This document shows positions 1-11,524 of a stretch of DNA of 64,000 nt, one piece after another. The first letter of the stretch is position 1, and each line of letters opens with the position of its first letter. Source of the stretch: Mustelus asterias (lineage: Eukaryota); NCBI RefSeq assembly GCF_964213995.1, contig NW_027590154.1:682001-746000 (forward strand). The letters are read 5' to 3'. A program made the position numbers and the translations under genes. Below the pieces are notes generated by a model. The model had not been told where the DNA came from, did no database searches, and worked only from the letters and a program-made list of their open reading frames with translations.

Positions 1-149
1 CTTTTCCAGCGTTTTCTGTTTTTATTTCACCATCTCCACCATTTCTTTCCTCCACTCCCAGTTTTCTCCCTCCCTCTCCTCTGTGTTCAGATCTCCAGCT
101 CCTGCCTGCAGCCTAACAGTAAAATCAATGATTATCTCTCCTGGTCACT

Positions 150-720
150 GGGACTCTGAAGCCCCGCCCCCTCGCTGTTGTGTCAAGGTAACCACACATG
201 TGTTCTGCTCCCTGTTGAAACAAAATGGCAGCCATTAATCTGACCCTGGTCTGGAGCAGAATTCCTGGAGCTGCAAATGCAGGACCTGCAGGGTTTTATT
301 CCAGATTTGCTACCAATCCCGGGTGTTAATGACCCCCTCCATCCACCTGCCAGCTCCACCGCTCCCTCATATCTCGCTGCCTCTGCCACCACTTACCGGC
401 AGCAAATGGGAGAAAAATCTCTTCTTCACCATCACTCGCCTTGGGCATGCTCCAAACAATCCAACGCTGTTATTGTGCATTCGTCTCCCATGATGTAGAG
501 AGGGGACTTTCCCCATCACAGAGAATGCTGGGTATACTCACCACCATTTAAGTCCCAATTAGTTTTAATTATTTATTTGGTGTGACGGCACGGAGACTGG
601 GGTTAGAGTGACAATCAATAAAATTAGGAACTAAATACAGAAACCCAAGTTTACAGTCCCTCTCCAATCTGCCAGACAGTAGGAGATGGGAATTAGTGAA
701 GAACGAGAGTGTCCACATAG
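150..720. promoter_or_regulatory. CpG-decayed paralog of the ZNF promoter module
   Basis: GC box at ~165 and AAAATGGCAGCC (222-233, decayed YY1-type site) followed by ggagctgcaaa. Downstream gaatgctgggtata...aaaattaggaac matches 34818-34930 and 62516-62640. Confidence 0.5.
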
Positions 721-845
721 CAGTGTGTTATAATCCAGGTCTGAAACTCCAAGGTGTTTTATAAAGTCATCCCAGATCATAAGCTTTGCATTTTGACTTT
801 GGTACGGGTAAGCATGAGATGTTTCACTCCAGGTATGATTCAAGT

Positions 846-3800
846 CGCGGGAGAGTGAGAACAGGAATCGGTGGAGAATGAATGCGTGGCTGAGGGACTG
901 GAGCAAGGGACAAGGATTTGGGTACTTGGATCATTGGGACCTCTTTAGGGGCAGGTGTGACCTGTTTAAAAAAGACGGGTGGCACTTGAATCCCAGGGGG
1001 ACCAATATCCTGGCGGGAAGGTTGGCTAAGGCTACTGGAGAGACTTTAAACTAGAAAGGTTGGGGGGAGGGAATCGAAATGAGGGGACTGAGAGCGAGGA
1101 GGTTAGCTCGCAAATAGATAAGGAATGTAGACAGGGTAAGAGGGAGGTTAGACGAGTGATGGAGAAGGGAAGTGCTCAGGCTGAAGGTCTGAGATGTGTC
1201 TATTTTAATGCCAGGAGTGTAGTGAATAAAGTGGATGAGCTTAGAGCGTGGATTGCTGCTTCGAATTGTGATGTGGTGGCCATTACGGAGACTTGGATGT
1301 CTCAGGGACAGGACTGGGTGCTTCAGGTGCCGGGTTTTAGATGTTTCAGGAAGGACAGGGAGGGGGGCAAGAGAGGGGGGGGGGAGTGGCACTGTTGATC
1401 AGGGATAGTGTCACGGCTGTAGAGAAGGTGGACGCCGTGGAGGGATTGACTACGGAGTCTCTGTGGGTGGAGGTTAGGAACAGGAAGGGGTCGGTAACTT
1501 TGCTGGGTGTTTTCTATAGGCCACCCAATAGTAACAGAGATGTTGAGGAGCAGATGGGGAAACAGATCCTGGAGAGATGTAGGAATAACAGAGTTGTCGT
1601 GATGGGAGATTTTAATTTCCCAAACATAGATTGGAATATCCCTAGGGCTAGGGGTTTGGATGGAGAGGAGTTTGTTAGGTGTGTCCAGGAGAGTTTCCTG
1701 ACACAGTATGTGGATAAGCCTACTAGAGGAGAGGCTGTACTTGATCTGGTGCTGGCTAATGAACCTGGACAGGTGGAGGATCTCTCGGTGGGTGAGCATC
1801 TTGGGGATAGCGATCATAATTCTATCTCCTTCACGATAGCATTGGAAAGAGATAGGATCAGGCAGGCTAGGAAAGTGTTTCTCTGGAGTAAAGGGAAATG
1901 CAGTGTCATCAGGGAGGCAATTGGACGGGTAAATTGGAAGGAGGCATTCTTGGGGAAAAGTACCGAAGGAAAGTGGAGGATTTTCAAGGAATGTTTGTCT
2001 GGAGCTCTGCATGACAACGTTCCGATGAGACAGGGGGGTGTTGGTAGGGTACGGGAACCGTGGTGCACGAAGGTTGTGATGAACCTGGTGAATAAGAAAA
2101 GAGAGGCGTACAGAAGGTTCAGAGAGCTAGGAGGTGTTAAGGATTTAGAGGAGTATACGGGATGTAGGAAGGAGCTTAAGAAGGAAATTAGGAGAGCGAG
2201 AAGGGGTCATGAGAAGACCTTGGCGGGTAAGATTAAGGAGAATCCCAAGGCTTTCTACAAATATGTCAAGAGTAAAAGGATGAGATGTGAAGGCATAGGA
2301 CCCTTAAAAGGTGAAGGGGGAAAAGTTTGTGCGGAACCGTTAGAAATGGCGGAGGTGCTTAATGAATACTTTACCTCGGTATTCACGGTGGAAAGGGATC
2401 TGGGTGGTTGTACTGCTGGTTTGCGGTGGACAGAAAGGATCGAGCATGTGGACATAAAGAAAGAGGATGTGTTGGAACTATTGAATGGCATCAAGGTTGG
2501 TAAGTCGCCGGGACCGGATGGGATGTACCCCAGGTTACTGTGGGAGGCGAGGGAGGAGATTGCGGAGCCTTTGGCGATGATCTTTGCATCGTCGATGGAG
2601 ACGGGAGAGGTTCCGGAGGATTGGAGGATTGCAGATGTGGTCCCTATATTCAAGAAAGGGAACAGGGACAGCCCGGGAAATTACCGACCGGTGAGTCTAA
2701 CCTCAGTGGTTGGTAAGTTGATGGAGAGGATCCTGAGAGACAGGATTTATGATCATCTAGAGAAGTTTAGTATGATCAAAAGTAGTCAGCACGGCTTTGT
2801 CAAGGGCAGGTCGTGCCTTACGAGCCTGGTTGAGTTCTTTGAAAATGTGACCAAACACATTGACGAAGGAAGAGCGGTGGATGTGGTCTATATGGACTTC
2901 AGCAAGTGTTCGATAAGGTCCCCCATGCAAGACTTCTTGAGAAAGTGAGAGGGCATGGGATCCAAGGGGCTGTTGCCTTGTGGATCCAGAACTGGCTTGC
3001 CTGCAGAAGGCAGAGAGTGGCTGTGGAGGGGTCTTTCTCTGCATGGAGGTCAGTGACCAGTGGAGTGCCCCAGGGATCTGTTCTGGGACCCTTGCTGTTT
3101 GTCATTTTCATAAATGACCTGGATGAGGAAGTGGAGGGATGGGTTGGTAAGTTTGCTGACGACACCAAGGTAGGTGGTGTTGTGGATAGTTTGGAGGGAT
3201 GTCAGAAGTTGCAGCGAGACATAGATAGAATGCAAGACTGGGCGGAGAAGTGGCAGATGGACTTCAACCCGGAGAAGTGTGTAGTGATCCATTTTGGCAG
3301 ATCCAATGGGATGAAGCAGCAGTATAATATGAAGGGTACCATTCTTAGCAGTGTAGAGGATCAGAAGGACCTTGGGGTCCGGGTCCATAGGACTCTTAAA
3401 TCGGCCTCGCAGGTGGAGGATGCGGTCAAGAAGGCGTACGGCGTACTAGCCTTCATTAATCGAGGGATTGAGTTTAGGAGTCGGGAGATAATGCTGCAGC
3501 TTTATAGGACCCTGGTTAGACCCCACTTGGAGTACTGCGCGCAGTTCTGGTCACCTCATTACAGGAAAGATGTTGAAGCCATTGAAAGGGTGCAGAGGAG
3601 ATTTACAAGGATGTTGCCTGGATTGGGGGGCATGCCTTATGAGGATAGGTTGAGGGAGCTTGGTCTCTTCTCCCTGGAGAGACGAAGGATGAGAGGTGAC
3701 CTGATAGAGGTTTACAAGATGTTGAGAGGTCTGGATAGGGTAGACTCTCAGAGGCTATTTCCAAGGGTTGAAATGGTTGCTACGAGAGGACACAGGTTTA

Positions 3801-4047
3801 AGGTGCTGGGGGGTAGGTACAGAGGAGATGTCAGGGGTAAGTTTTTCACTCAGAGGGTGGTGGGTGAGTGGAATCGGCTGATGTCGGTGGTGGTGGAGGC
3901 AAACTCGTTGGGGTCTTTTAAGAGACTTCTGGATGAGTACATGGGATTTAATGGGATTGAGGGCTATAGATAGGCCTAGAGGTAGGGATATGATCAGCGC
4001 AACTTGTGGGCCGAAGGGCCTGTTTGTGCTGTGGCTTTCTATGTTCT
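846..4047 (+). mobile_element. CR1 LINE, 5'-truncated (ORF1 esterase tail plus complete but frameshifted ORF2)
   Basis: 846-1053 encodes the end of ORF1 (LFKKDGWHLNPRGTNILAG). ORF2 has APE motifs (YFNARS, ITETW, GDFN, SDHN) and RT motifs (NYRPVSLTS, GVPQGSVLGP, FADD). Ends in a TTCTATGTTCT tail; AAGT is duplicated at 842-845 and 4048-4051. Confidence 0.95.
1060..3973 (+). pseudogene. CR1 ORF2 (endonuclease-reverse transcriptase) with two frameshifts
   Basis: Three overlapping ORFs (1060-1398, 1341-2948, 2906-3973) joined by shifts at the G-run ~1375-1384 and at DFSK/AFD ~2906. Confidence 0.9.
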
Positions 4048-4919
4048 AAGTGAGCCACTGGGGAGCTTTTATCAAACAAAGTTTATTTAAAAATACAATT
4101 AACACATAGAAAGAAACTTAGCAAGAGCTTTTACCAATTACAAACAAGAAAAAAAACCCATGATATTGTGTAAACATTAACAGCTCAATGTACTGTTCCA
4201 ACACAACATTCTTATCAACATACACACATGGTTTTGGTTGAACACAGAAAATGCGGATACTCACGTGATTTTGCAGCTCTGCAACACCTGCTGTGAATTA
4301 GTCCTTTGGGTGGAGAATTGAAATGCTGACTTCCCCGTCCTGTAGCTCCCAGCACCGTCGAGGTAGAGATAGAGCCACTGCTTGCCTCGAGCTAGCAAAC
4401 CACTCACAGCAAAATTTTCACTCCAGAAAGGCAAGAAAGACTGCTTCCATCGAGCCAGCAGAATTTCTAATACCAGGGAGAGACACAGAAATACTGCTTT
4501 TCAGTCTGGGATCTAACAGCTTCTACCTAAAACTGAAAGTGAATCCTTGGATTCCTCTGTGAAGGAACCACCTGACCTTGACCTGTCCATCAATCTTCCC
4601 ACAACAATTCAAAAGGGACATAAACTCGTAAAACTCCAGGACATTCCATTGGGCCCAAATTACAGATAAACAAAAAGGCCCATTGTGCTTTCATCAGACA
4701 TCACGGCAACAATACAAAAAAACCCCCAGAGAATCAGGATTAAAATACCTTCCTTAAATGCACAGTAGTATCACAAGTGATCACTGCAGAATTGACTTCA
4801 CTGTAACGTGAGCTCACTGGTGTCTCAGGAAGGTGAGATGCCTGAATCAATCCTGTTTGTAATTTCAGGATTGCATTCTCATGGATATTCCAGATCATGT
4901 ACTTTATTTATGGTGGCAT

Positions 4920-5227
4920 TTTGATTTGATTTATTATTGTCACATGTATTAGTATACAGTGAAAAGTATTGTTTCTTGCGCGCTTTACAAAGCATACCGT
5001 TCATAGAGAAGGAAATGAGAGATTGCAGAATGTAGTGTTAGTCATAGCTAGGGTGTAGAGAAAAATCAACTTAGTGTGAGATAGGTCCATTCAAAAGTCT
5101 GATGGCAGCAGGGAAAATGCTATTCTTGTGTCAGTTGGTACATGACCTCAGATTTTTGTATCTTTTTTCCAACGGAAGACAGTGGAACAGAGAATGTCCA
5201 GGATGTGTGGGGTCCTTAATTATGCTG
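4920..5227 (-). mobile_element. Rex1/Babar-like LINE 3' end
   Basis: Minus strand ends in gtgacaataataaatcaaatcaa; homologous to 27047-27360. Confidence 0.65.
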
Positions 5228-5257
5228 CTTGCTGCAGCTCCTTCCTTTTCAGAAGTT

Positions 5258-5720
5258 TATAAGGAACAGGAGCAGGAGTCGACATTTCACCCACCGGGAT
5301 TGCTCTGCCATTCAATCAGATTGTGGCTGATCAGATTATGGCTGATTGCAGCCTGAAGTCCACATTCCTGCCTCACTCCCGATCCCTCGACTCCCTTTTG
5401 ATCAGAGCTCTGTGTAACTCAGCCTTGAATGTATTCAATGATCCAGCTCCAGTGCTCTCCAAGGAGAGAGAATTCCAAAGTGAATGAGAAGAAATTCCTC
5501 CTCACCTCCCTTATTATTAAATCCAGCCTCCAGTTTGAGATTTCCATGAGGGGAAACATCCTCTCAGCATCCAACCTGTCGAGCCCCCCCATGAATTTTA
5601 GGTTTCAATAAGATCATCTCTCAATCTTCTAAACTCTGTGTGCGGACCCAACCTTTCCTCATAAAGTAACCCCTTCATCCCAGGAATCAGCCCAGTGAAT
5701 CTTCTCTGAACTGCTTCCAA
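5258..5720 (-). mobile_element. Degenerate CR1 3' fragment
   Basis: Typical CR1 3' region (gagaagaaattcctcctc, gccattcaatcagattgtggctgatc) in reverse. Confidence 0.65.
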
Positions 5721-5924
5721 CACAATTGTATTTTGCATCTTTCACTGAAAACAGGACAAATATTTTGTTCAGAGTCTGGGCCATTTCCTTCATTCCCATG
5801 ATTGTTCAGTCTTACCTGCTGAGGGACCAATCCTCACTTCAGCTGCCCTTTCCTATTTCACAAACTTGGAGAAATTTTATTGTGAGATTTTTCTTGTGAC
5901 TTTCCCCTCAAACTCCATTTTCCA

Positions 5925-6390
5925 AGACATTCAATGATCTTAGAGAGGTAGGGAAGTTGGAGATGGGGCGCTAGTTTGCACAAACGGTGGGATCAAGAGT
6001 TGGTTCATTGAGGGGGAGGCTGATGTTGGCAGTTTTGCAGAGTGACAGGACCCGAGGCAAGGGAACAATTAAAACAATCAGCTGACACCGGGAAGGTGAT
6101 GGTCAGCAACTTAGTGAGAATAGAGTGAAGGGAGCAGAGGGTGAGTCTCACGGAGGTGAGCTCTGGAGGGGATGAGAGGAGATAGGAGAAAAACTAAAGA
6201 AAGAGGCAAGTTTAAGGTTCAAGGAAGGAGGAGCTTTTAGAGACAGTCTGGCTCCATGGGCCAGTGGAAGGGAGTGAATCAGCAGAGGCAGCTGATCAGA
6301 TTGTCTCAATCTTAGTGACAAAGAAGCTCCATGAGCTCCTCACACTTGTTGGAGGAGACAGGGGGGAGGGAGAGAATTTCAAAAGGAACT
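5925..6390 (-). mobile_element. Degenerate L2/CR1-group RT fragment
   Basis: Minus strand reads N*RPISNFPTSLRSL, resembling NYRPISNLPFLSKVLE, and KCEELMELL. Confidence 0.55.
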
Positions 6391-6519
6391 AACTTATGTT
6401 GGTGACAGTAAAAGGACTTGTCACACTGAGTTTAACACAAAGCTGATTTATTTATCCTTTATCCAGAATATTAACCTCCACCTGAAGTGGAATTCATTAT
6501 GATCAGAAACAGACCCAAG

Positions 6520-6794
6520 AACATAGTTCAATCCTGGATGTTATTAACAGAAGAATCTAATCACAGTAATTACATGTGAACTCTCAGGTATGTCAACAGG
6601 TTGGGCAAACAGATAAATCCCTTCCTACACGCTGAGCAGGTGAACAGCCTCTCCCCAGCATCAGTGTGCTGGTTTACAGTGAGTTGAGCTGAACCCAGTC
6701 CCAAAGTCTCTTGTCAGTGTGAACACGTTGATGGGATGTTAGTTCCTCCAATTGTCTACAGCACTTCCTGGAGTTGAGCATTCAAACAGGTTTC
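6520..6794 (-). pseudogene. Orphaned, decayed 3' fingers of the ZNF at 8337-8897
   Basis: Degenerate HQRVHTDKR and GERLFTCSACRKGF fingers plus the family 3' module; colinear with 8345 once the insertion is removed. Confidence 0.75.
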
Positions 6795-8344
6795 AGACAA
6801 GTGATCGGTTCCAGCTTTATTTCAGACTCAGTTGAAACAAAAATAAGACGTTTTAGTTGTTCAATTAAACAACAGCCTGTTCCATTTGATTACTACCAAA
6901 AGCCTGTCTATGTTCGCAGAAAGGAGGTTCGATCTATATTTTCATTTGGAATTCGTGGGGATTTTTCTTCTGATCGCAATGCATTGCTGGGCACGATCAA
7001 TGATCCAATCCAAAGTACGCATGAAATGGGGATGCCTGTTTCTCAAAATCCTCCATCTATTATAGTTAATAGGGGGAGAACATACATCGACAACCCTGCA
7101 AAGCCCAGTGTATACAATGTTGTTTCAACTCACATATGTAATCTGATTGTAAATTCAAAGGAGACAAAATGGATGCCAGTCATTTGGAAAACATACTTCC
7201 TCGGTGTGATTTGTACATGAGTGCAAGAATGAACCCTGGCCAACGATTTCAAAAAGTCCACACCACAAATTACGAGTATCAGATATCCAGTAAAGCAACC
7301 CCCAAAGAGGTCTTCAAAGTTTGCCATCTGTGAAAGCGCTTCAGCAAAGCGCATATTCAACTACTTAGAAAGGACATCACCAATAACTCTATCAGATGCA
7401 TCACCCACCACCAGAGTTTCAACCGGCCAGGAAACGCACAAGCTGTTGGCTCAAACATCATCCATCGAGAGCATTCCGAAAAGAAAAACACGTTTATCTC
7501 CAGAAGTATTGCCTGCACTCACTCCCAGGACAAGTTGCAAGTACAGAATAACAATGACTCCCGTACAACATCGGTTGAGTGCTGGACACTTCTCAACTTG
7601 GGAGGCAGAAAACAATGAAGTCCTATACTACATGCAGAAGACCAGTGGTGGTGATATCTAAGGATAAGGCAGTTGCTCCAACACCTCATCAAGAAGATCC
7701 AGTCCAAATGAGCAGACATAAGATGCATGAAACCTGACTGTCTATTTCTCGAAATCCTCCACCTGATGCACCATCCACCACCACAGTTTCAACCGGCCAG
7801 GGAAAGCGCAAGCGTTTGGATGAAACACCATCCATCGAGAGCATTCCACAAAGAAAAATGAGTTTATCTCCTAAAATATTGCCATCACTCACTCCCAGGA
7901 CAAGTTGCAAGTACAGAATAACAAAGACTCCCGTACAACATCGGATGAGTGCTGGTCACTTCTCAGCTTGGGAGGCAGGAAACGATGAAATCCTATACTA
8001 CATGCAGAAGACCAGTGGTGGTGATGACCAATCTGAGGATAAGGCAGTTGCTCCAACACCTCATCAAGAAGATCCAATCCAAAGAACGCATGAAATGGGG
8101 ATGCCTGTTTCTGGAAATCCTCCACCTGATGCACCACCCAACACCAGAGTTTCAACCGGCCAGGAAAAGCGCAAGCTGTTGCATCAAACACAATCCATCG
8201 AGAGCATTCCAAAAAGGTTTGGTTCTGCCTTTCAATTATCCTAATGAACAATGTTTGCATCTTCATAGCTGCTGACAGATAAAGTTAATAAAATACACAT
8301 TCAGTTGCCTACAACAGTTAATAAACATTTGCATTACTAAAACA
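6795..8344 (+). pseudogene. Retroposed mRNA copy (processed pseudogene) of an unrecognised gene with ~121-codon internal repeats
   Basis: 11-bp TSD AAACAGGTTTC (6784-6794, 8345-8355), AATAAA at 8287 and 8320, A-rich remnant from 8339. Long + frame broken by TGAs (7218, 7230, 7735) and one 5-bp deletion (~7655). Confidence 0.7.
7400..8215 (+). repeat. Tandem ~365-bp repeat (2.2 copies) inside the retrocopy
   Basis: gtttcaaccggccagg recurs at ~7416, ~7786 and ~8149; the units translate to near-identical peptides. Confidence 0.9.
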
Positions 8345-8891
8345 AAACAGGTTTCTCATCAGTGTGACTGCGCTGGTGTTTCCGCAGGTTGGCTAACCGA
8401 GTGAATCCTTTCTCACACTCGGGGCAGGGGAATGGCTTCTCCCCAGTGTGAACTCGCTCATGTGCCAGCAGGTTCGATGAGTGAGTGAATCCCATCCCGC
8501 AGTCAGAGCAGAGGAACGGCCTCTCCCCAGTGTGAACTCTCCGGTGGTTCAGCAGGTTGTATGAATGAGTGAATCGCTTTCCACAGTCAGAGCAGATGAA
8601 CGGCCTCTCCCCGGTGTGAATTCGCTGATGTGTCACCAGACTGGATGACTGAGTGAATCCCTTCCCACACACGGGACAGGTGAACTGTCGCTCCCCAGTG
8701 TGGTTTCGCCCATGAGCTTTCAGTTCAAATGAGTAACTGAATCCCTTCCCACAGTCCCCACATTTATAGGGTCTTTCTCCAGTGTGAACGTGCTTGTGTT
8801 TCAACAGGCCAGATGATCGGCTGTAGCCTTGTCCACACTCAGAGCACGTGTACGGTTTCACCCCACTCTTAACAGTGCTTTTACCTTCCAT
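8337..8891 (-). CDS. C2H2 zinc-finger protein, 6 fingers, truncated by the retrocopy
   Basis: ATG ([16 protein letters not shown]) at 8891, six CxxC...HxxxH fingers with TGERP/TGEKP linkers, splice acceptor tttcacag at ~8994; the stop lies within the inserted sequence. Confidence 0.8.
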   Translation of the reverse strand: MEGKSTVKSGVKPYTCSECGQGYSRSSGLLKHKHVHTGERPYKCGDCGKGFSYSFELKAHGRNHTGERQFTCPVCGKGFTQSSSLVTHQRIHTGERPFICSDCGKRFTHSYNLLNHRRVHTGERPFLCSDCGMGFTHSSNLLAHERVHTGEKPFPCPECEKGFTRLANLRKHQRSHTDEKPVLF

Positions 8892-9699
8892 GTTCAAATT
8901 CTGATGATACTGAGGTTCTGATGAATTGGGCGACTCTCAGATCCTGATGTGATGTTCAAATTTCCCAACTGCAAATCCTCAACTTCCAATACCCTGTGAA
9001 ATTGATTTAAAACAGAAAAAAAGAGAGTGAGAGAGAACCCACAAAACTCAAAGGCAAGTTGTGAAATTGAGCTGAATGAATCTGGTAATTTGTGGAGCTG
9101 GTACTAGGAAAAGATGACCATGAAAACAGCTGGATTGTCATAAAAACCCAACTAGTGTCCTTCAGGCGAGGAAACCTGCTCATGCAGTCTGGGCCTACAC
9201 CAGGTCTGAACCAACACAAGACTCTGGGATCAATGAGGGGAGCAAGGAAGAGAAAGATAGAGAGGTAGGAGCAGGAAGTATTGAAGGCGAGGCTTTTATG
9301 TATCTCCAACTCGACCCGAGCTTTGAAGGAATCATTAGCTCACCCACCTAGAAGGTCCAGAGCATCAGGTGTGTGTGAACATGAACACTTCCAGGTTCCC
9401 CTCCAAGTAACACACCATCCTATCATGTCTGACATCCAGTGCTCGTTGAGCAGAAATGTCCTCCAATTCAATACTGGGAAGAGGAAAGCCACTGTCTTCA
9501 GTGCTTGCAACAAAATCCACTCCTCTCTGTTGTAACTCTTTGAGGCTGAACCAGACAGTTCATAAGCTGGTTGTTAAATTTCATCCCAAGCTGAGGTTCT
9601 GATTACATATCACTAAGATTATTATATTAACACCTATAGCAGAGCTGGAGTTATTTTGCAATTCAGCAGAAACAAACCCAAATGAACTGGTTCAGTCTG

Positions 9700-10670
9700 A
9701 ATATGATTCATGCCAAAATCCAATCACTGCAGTTACTTGGAATTTGTTGGTGTTTCAGCAGCCCGGATAAGGCAATATATCCCTTCCCACAACAGGAGCA
9801 GGTGAACTGCCTCTTCCCAGTGTGACTGCGTCGATGAGTTTCCAACTTGGATTGATATTTGAGTCCCTTCCCACAGTCCCCACATTTAAGACCATAAGAC
9901 ATAGGAGCGGAAGTAAGGCCATTCGGCCCATCGAGTCCACTCCACCATTCAATCATGGTTGATTTCAACTCCATTTACCCGCTCTCTCCCCATAGCCCTT
10001 AATTCCTCGAGAAATCAAGAATTTATCAATTTCTGTCTTGAAGACGCTCAACGTCTCGGCCTCCACAGCCCTCTGTGGCAATGAATTCCACAGACCCACC
10101 ACTCTCTGGCTGAAGAAATTTCTCCTCATCTCTGTTCTAAAGTGACTCCCTTTTATTCTAAGGCTGTGCCCCCGCGTCCTAGTCTCCCCTGTTAATGGAA
10201 ACAACTTCCCTACGTCCATCCTATCTAAGCCGTTCATTATCTTGTAAGTTTCTATCAGATCTCCCCTCAACCTCCTAAACTCCAATGAATATAATCCCAC
10301 GATCCTCAGACGTTCATCGTATGTCAGGCCTACCATTCCTGGGATCATCCGTGTGAATCTCCGCTGGACCCGCTCCAGTGCCAGTATGTCCTTCCTGAGG
10401 TGTGGGGCCCAAAATTGCTCACAGTACTCCAAATGGGGCCTAACCAGTGCTTTATAAAGCCTCAGAAGTACATCCCTGCTTTTGTATTCCAAGCCTCTTG
10501 AGATAAATGACAACATTACATTTGCTTTCTTAATTACGGACTCAACCTGCAAGTTTACCTTTCGAGAATCCTGGACTAGGACTCCCAAGTCCCTTTGCAC
10601 TTTAGCATTTCCATGCCATCTCCCTGTTGTGACTACAATTATGTTCCAAAAGGCCAGATGATTGGTTGAA
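9700..10670 (-). pseudogene. ZNF pseudogene interrupted by CR1 and cut off by a SINE
   Basis: Fingers at 9740-9887 continue at 10606-10670, which is similar to 21705-21770. Confidence 0.75.
9888..10605 (-). mobile_element. CR1 3' fragment
   Basis: ORF2 C-terminus (LYKALVRPHLEYC, ERVQRRFTRMIPG) and 3' tail; CATTT repeated at 9883-9887 and 10606-10610. Confidence 0.92.
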
Positions 10671-10671
10671 A

Positions 10672-10958
10672 AGCGCCAGGGACCTGGGTTCAATTCCCAG
10701 CTTGGGTCACTGTCTGTGTGGAGTTTGCATGTTCTCCCCATGTCTGCGTGGGTTTCCTCTGGGTGCTCCGGTTTCCTCCCACAGTCCAAAGATATGCAGG
10801 TTAGGTGGATTGGCCATGCTAAATTGCCCCTTAGTGTTAGGGGGACTAGCTTGGTAAGTGCATGGGGTTATGGGGTTAGGGCCTGGGTGGGATTGTGGTT
10901 GGTGCAGACTCGATGGGCCAAATGGCCGCCTTCTGCACTGTAAGATTCTATGATTCTC
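10672..10958 (+). mobile_element. tRNA-derived SINE (HE1/V-SINE-like) with CR1-type tail
   Basis: B-box gggttcaattcc, central ggtttcctcccacagtccaaaga domain, tail gattctatgattct. Confidence 0.85.
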
Positions 10959-11164
10959 TGATTTTTAGCAACTTCTCAGCTGTCTTTATCCTCATTTCCA
11001 TTCCCTTTGTCCCATTCCACTCCCCCTCCTCATAGTATGAATCTTTTCTGATTCTCTTTACTCTTAGCTGTGACGAAGGGTCATCCAGACTGGAAACATT
11101 GGCTCTATTCTCTCCCCACAGAAGCTGTCAGACCTGCTGAGATTTTCCAGCATTGTCTGGTTTA

Positions 11165-11520
11165 GCTCCGCCCACTGACCGCGCATGCGCCCTGCACGGA
11201 ACAAAGATGGCGGCCGCGGCACTGGGCCTGATCCCGGATAAAATCCCCGCAGCTGCAAACCCGGGACCCGCAGGCTCTTATTCGGCCCTTGCGGTCTACA
11301 GCGGGTGTTTGTGAAGCCTCCGCTCCCTCCCCACCCCGACTCCCGGCTCCATTCCTCCCTCCACCCCACCGACTCTCACCCGCTAAAAAAATAGCATCTC
11401 CCTCACTCGCAGGGCTCCGAGCAAAGTGACACAACGCATGCGCCAGAGACAGCACCACGCCGGCGTACTGGCCTCCTGTGGAGTGAATAGGGCACTTTCA
11501 CACCCGCAGCGAATGCTGGG
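11165..11520. promoter_or_regulatory. CpG-rich ZNF promoter module
   Basis: GC box, GCGCATGCGC (11181), AAGATGGCGGCC (11204), second cgcatgcgc at ~11435. Confidence 0.65.
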
Positions 11521-11524
11521 TGAT

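Larger units (their letters stand above)
726..4775 (-). mobile_element. Solo LTR (~850 bp) split by a nested CR1 insertion
   Basis: Termini TGTTATA (726)...TATCACA (4775), flanked by a 4-bp direct repeat AGTG (722-725, 4776-4779). TTTATT at ~4082 gives AATAAA on the minus strand. Confidence 0.6.

Noticed and set aside
9708-10789. ORFs 9965-10789 and 9708-9974 as SINE-ZNF-CR1 fusion genes
   Set aside because: Chance in-frame joins across insertion junctions in a pseudogene.
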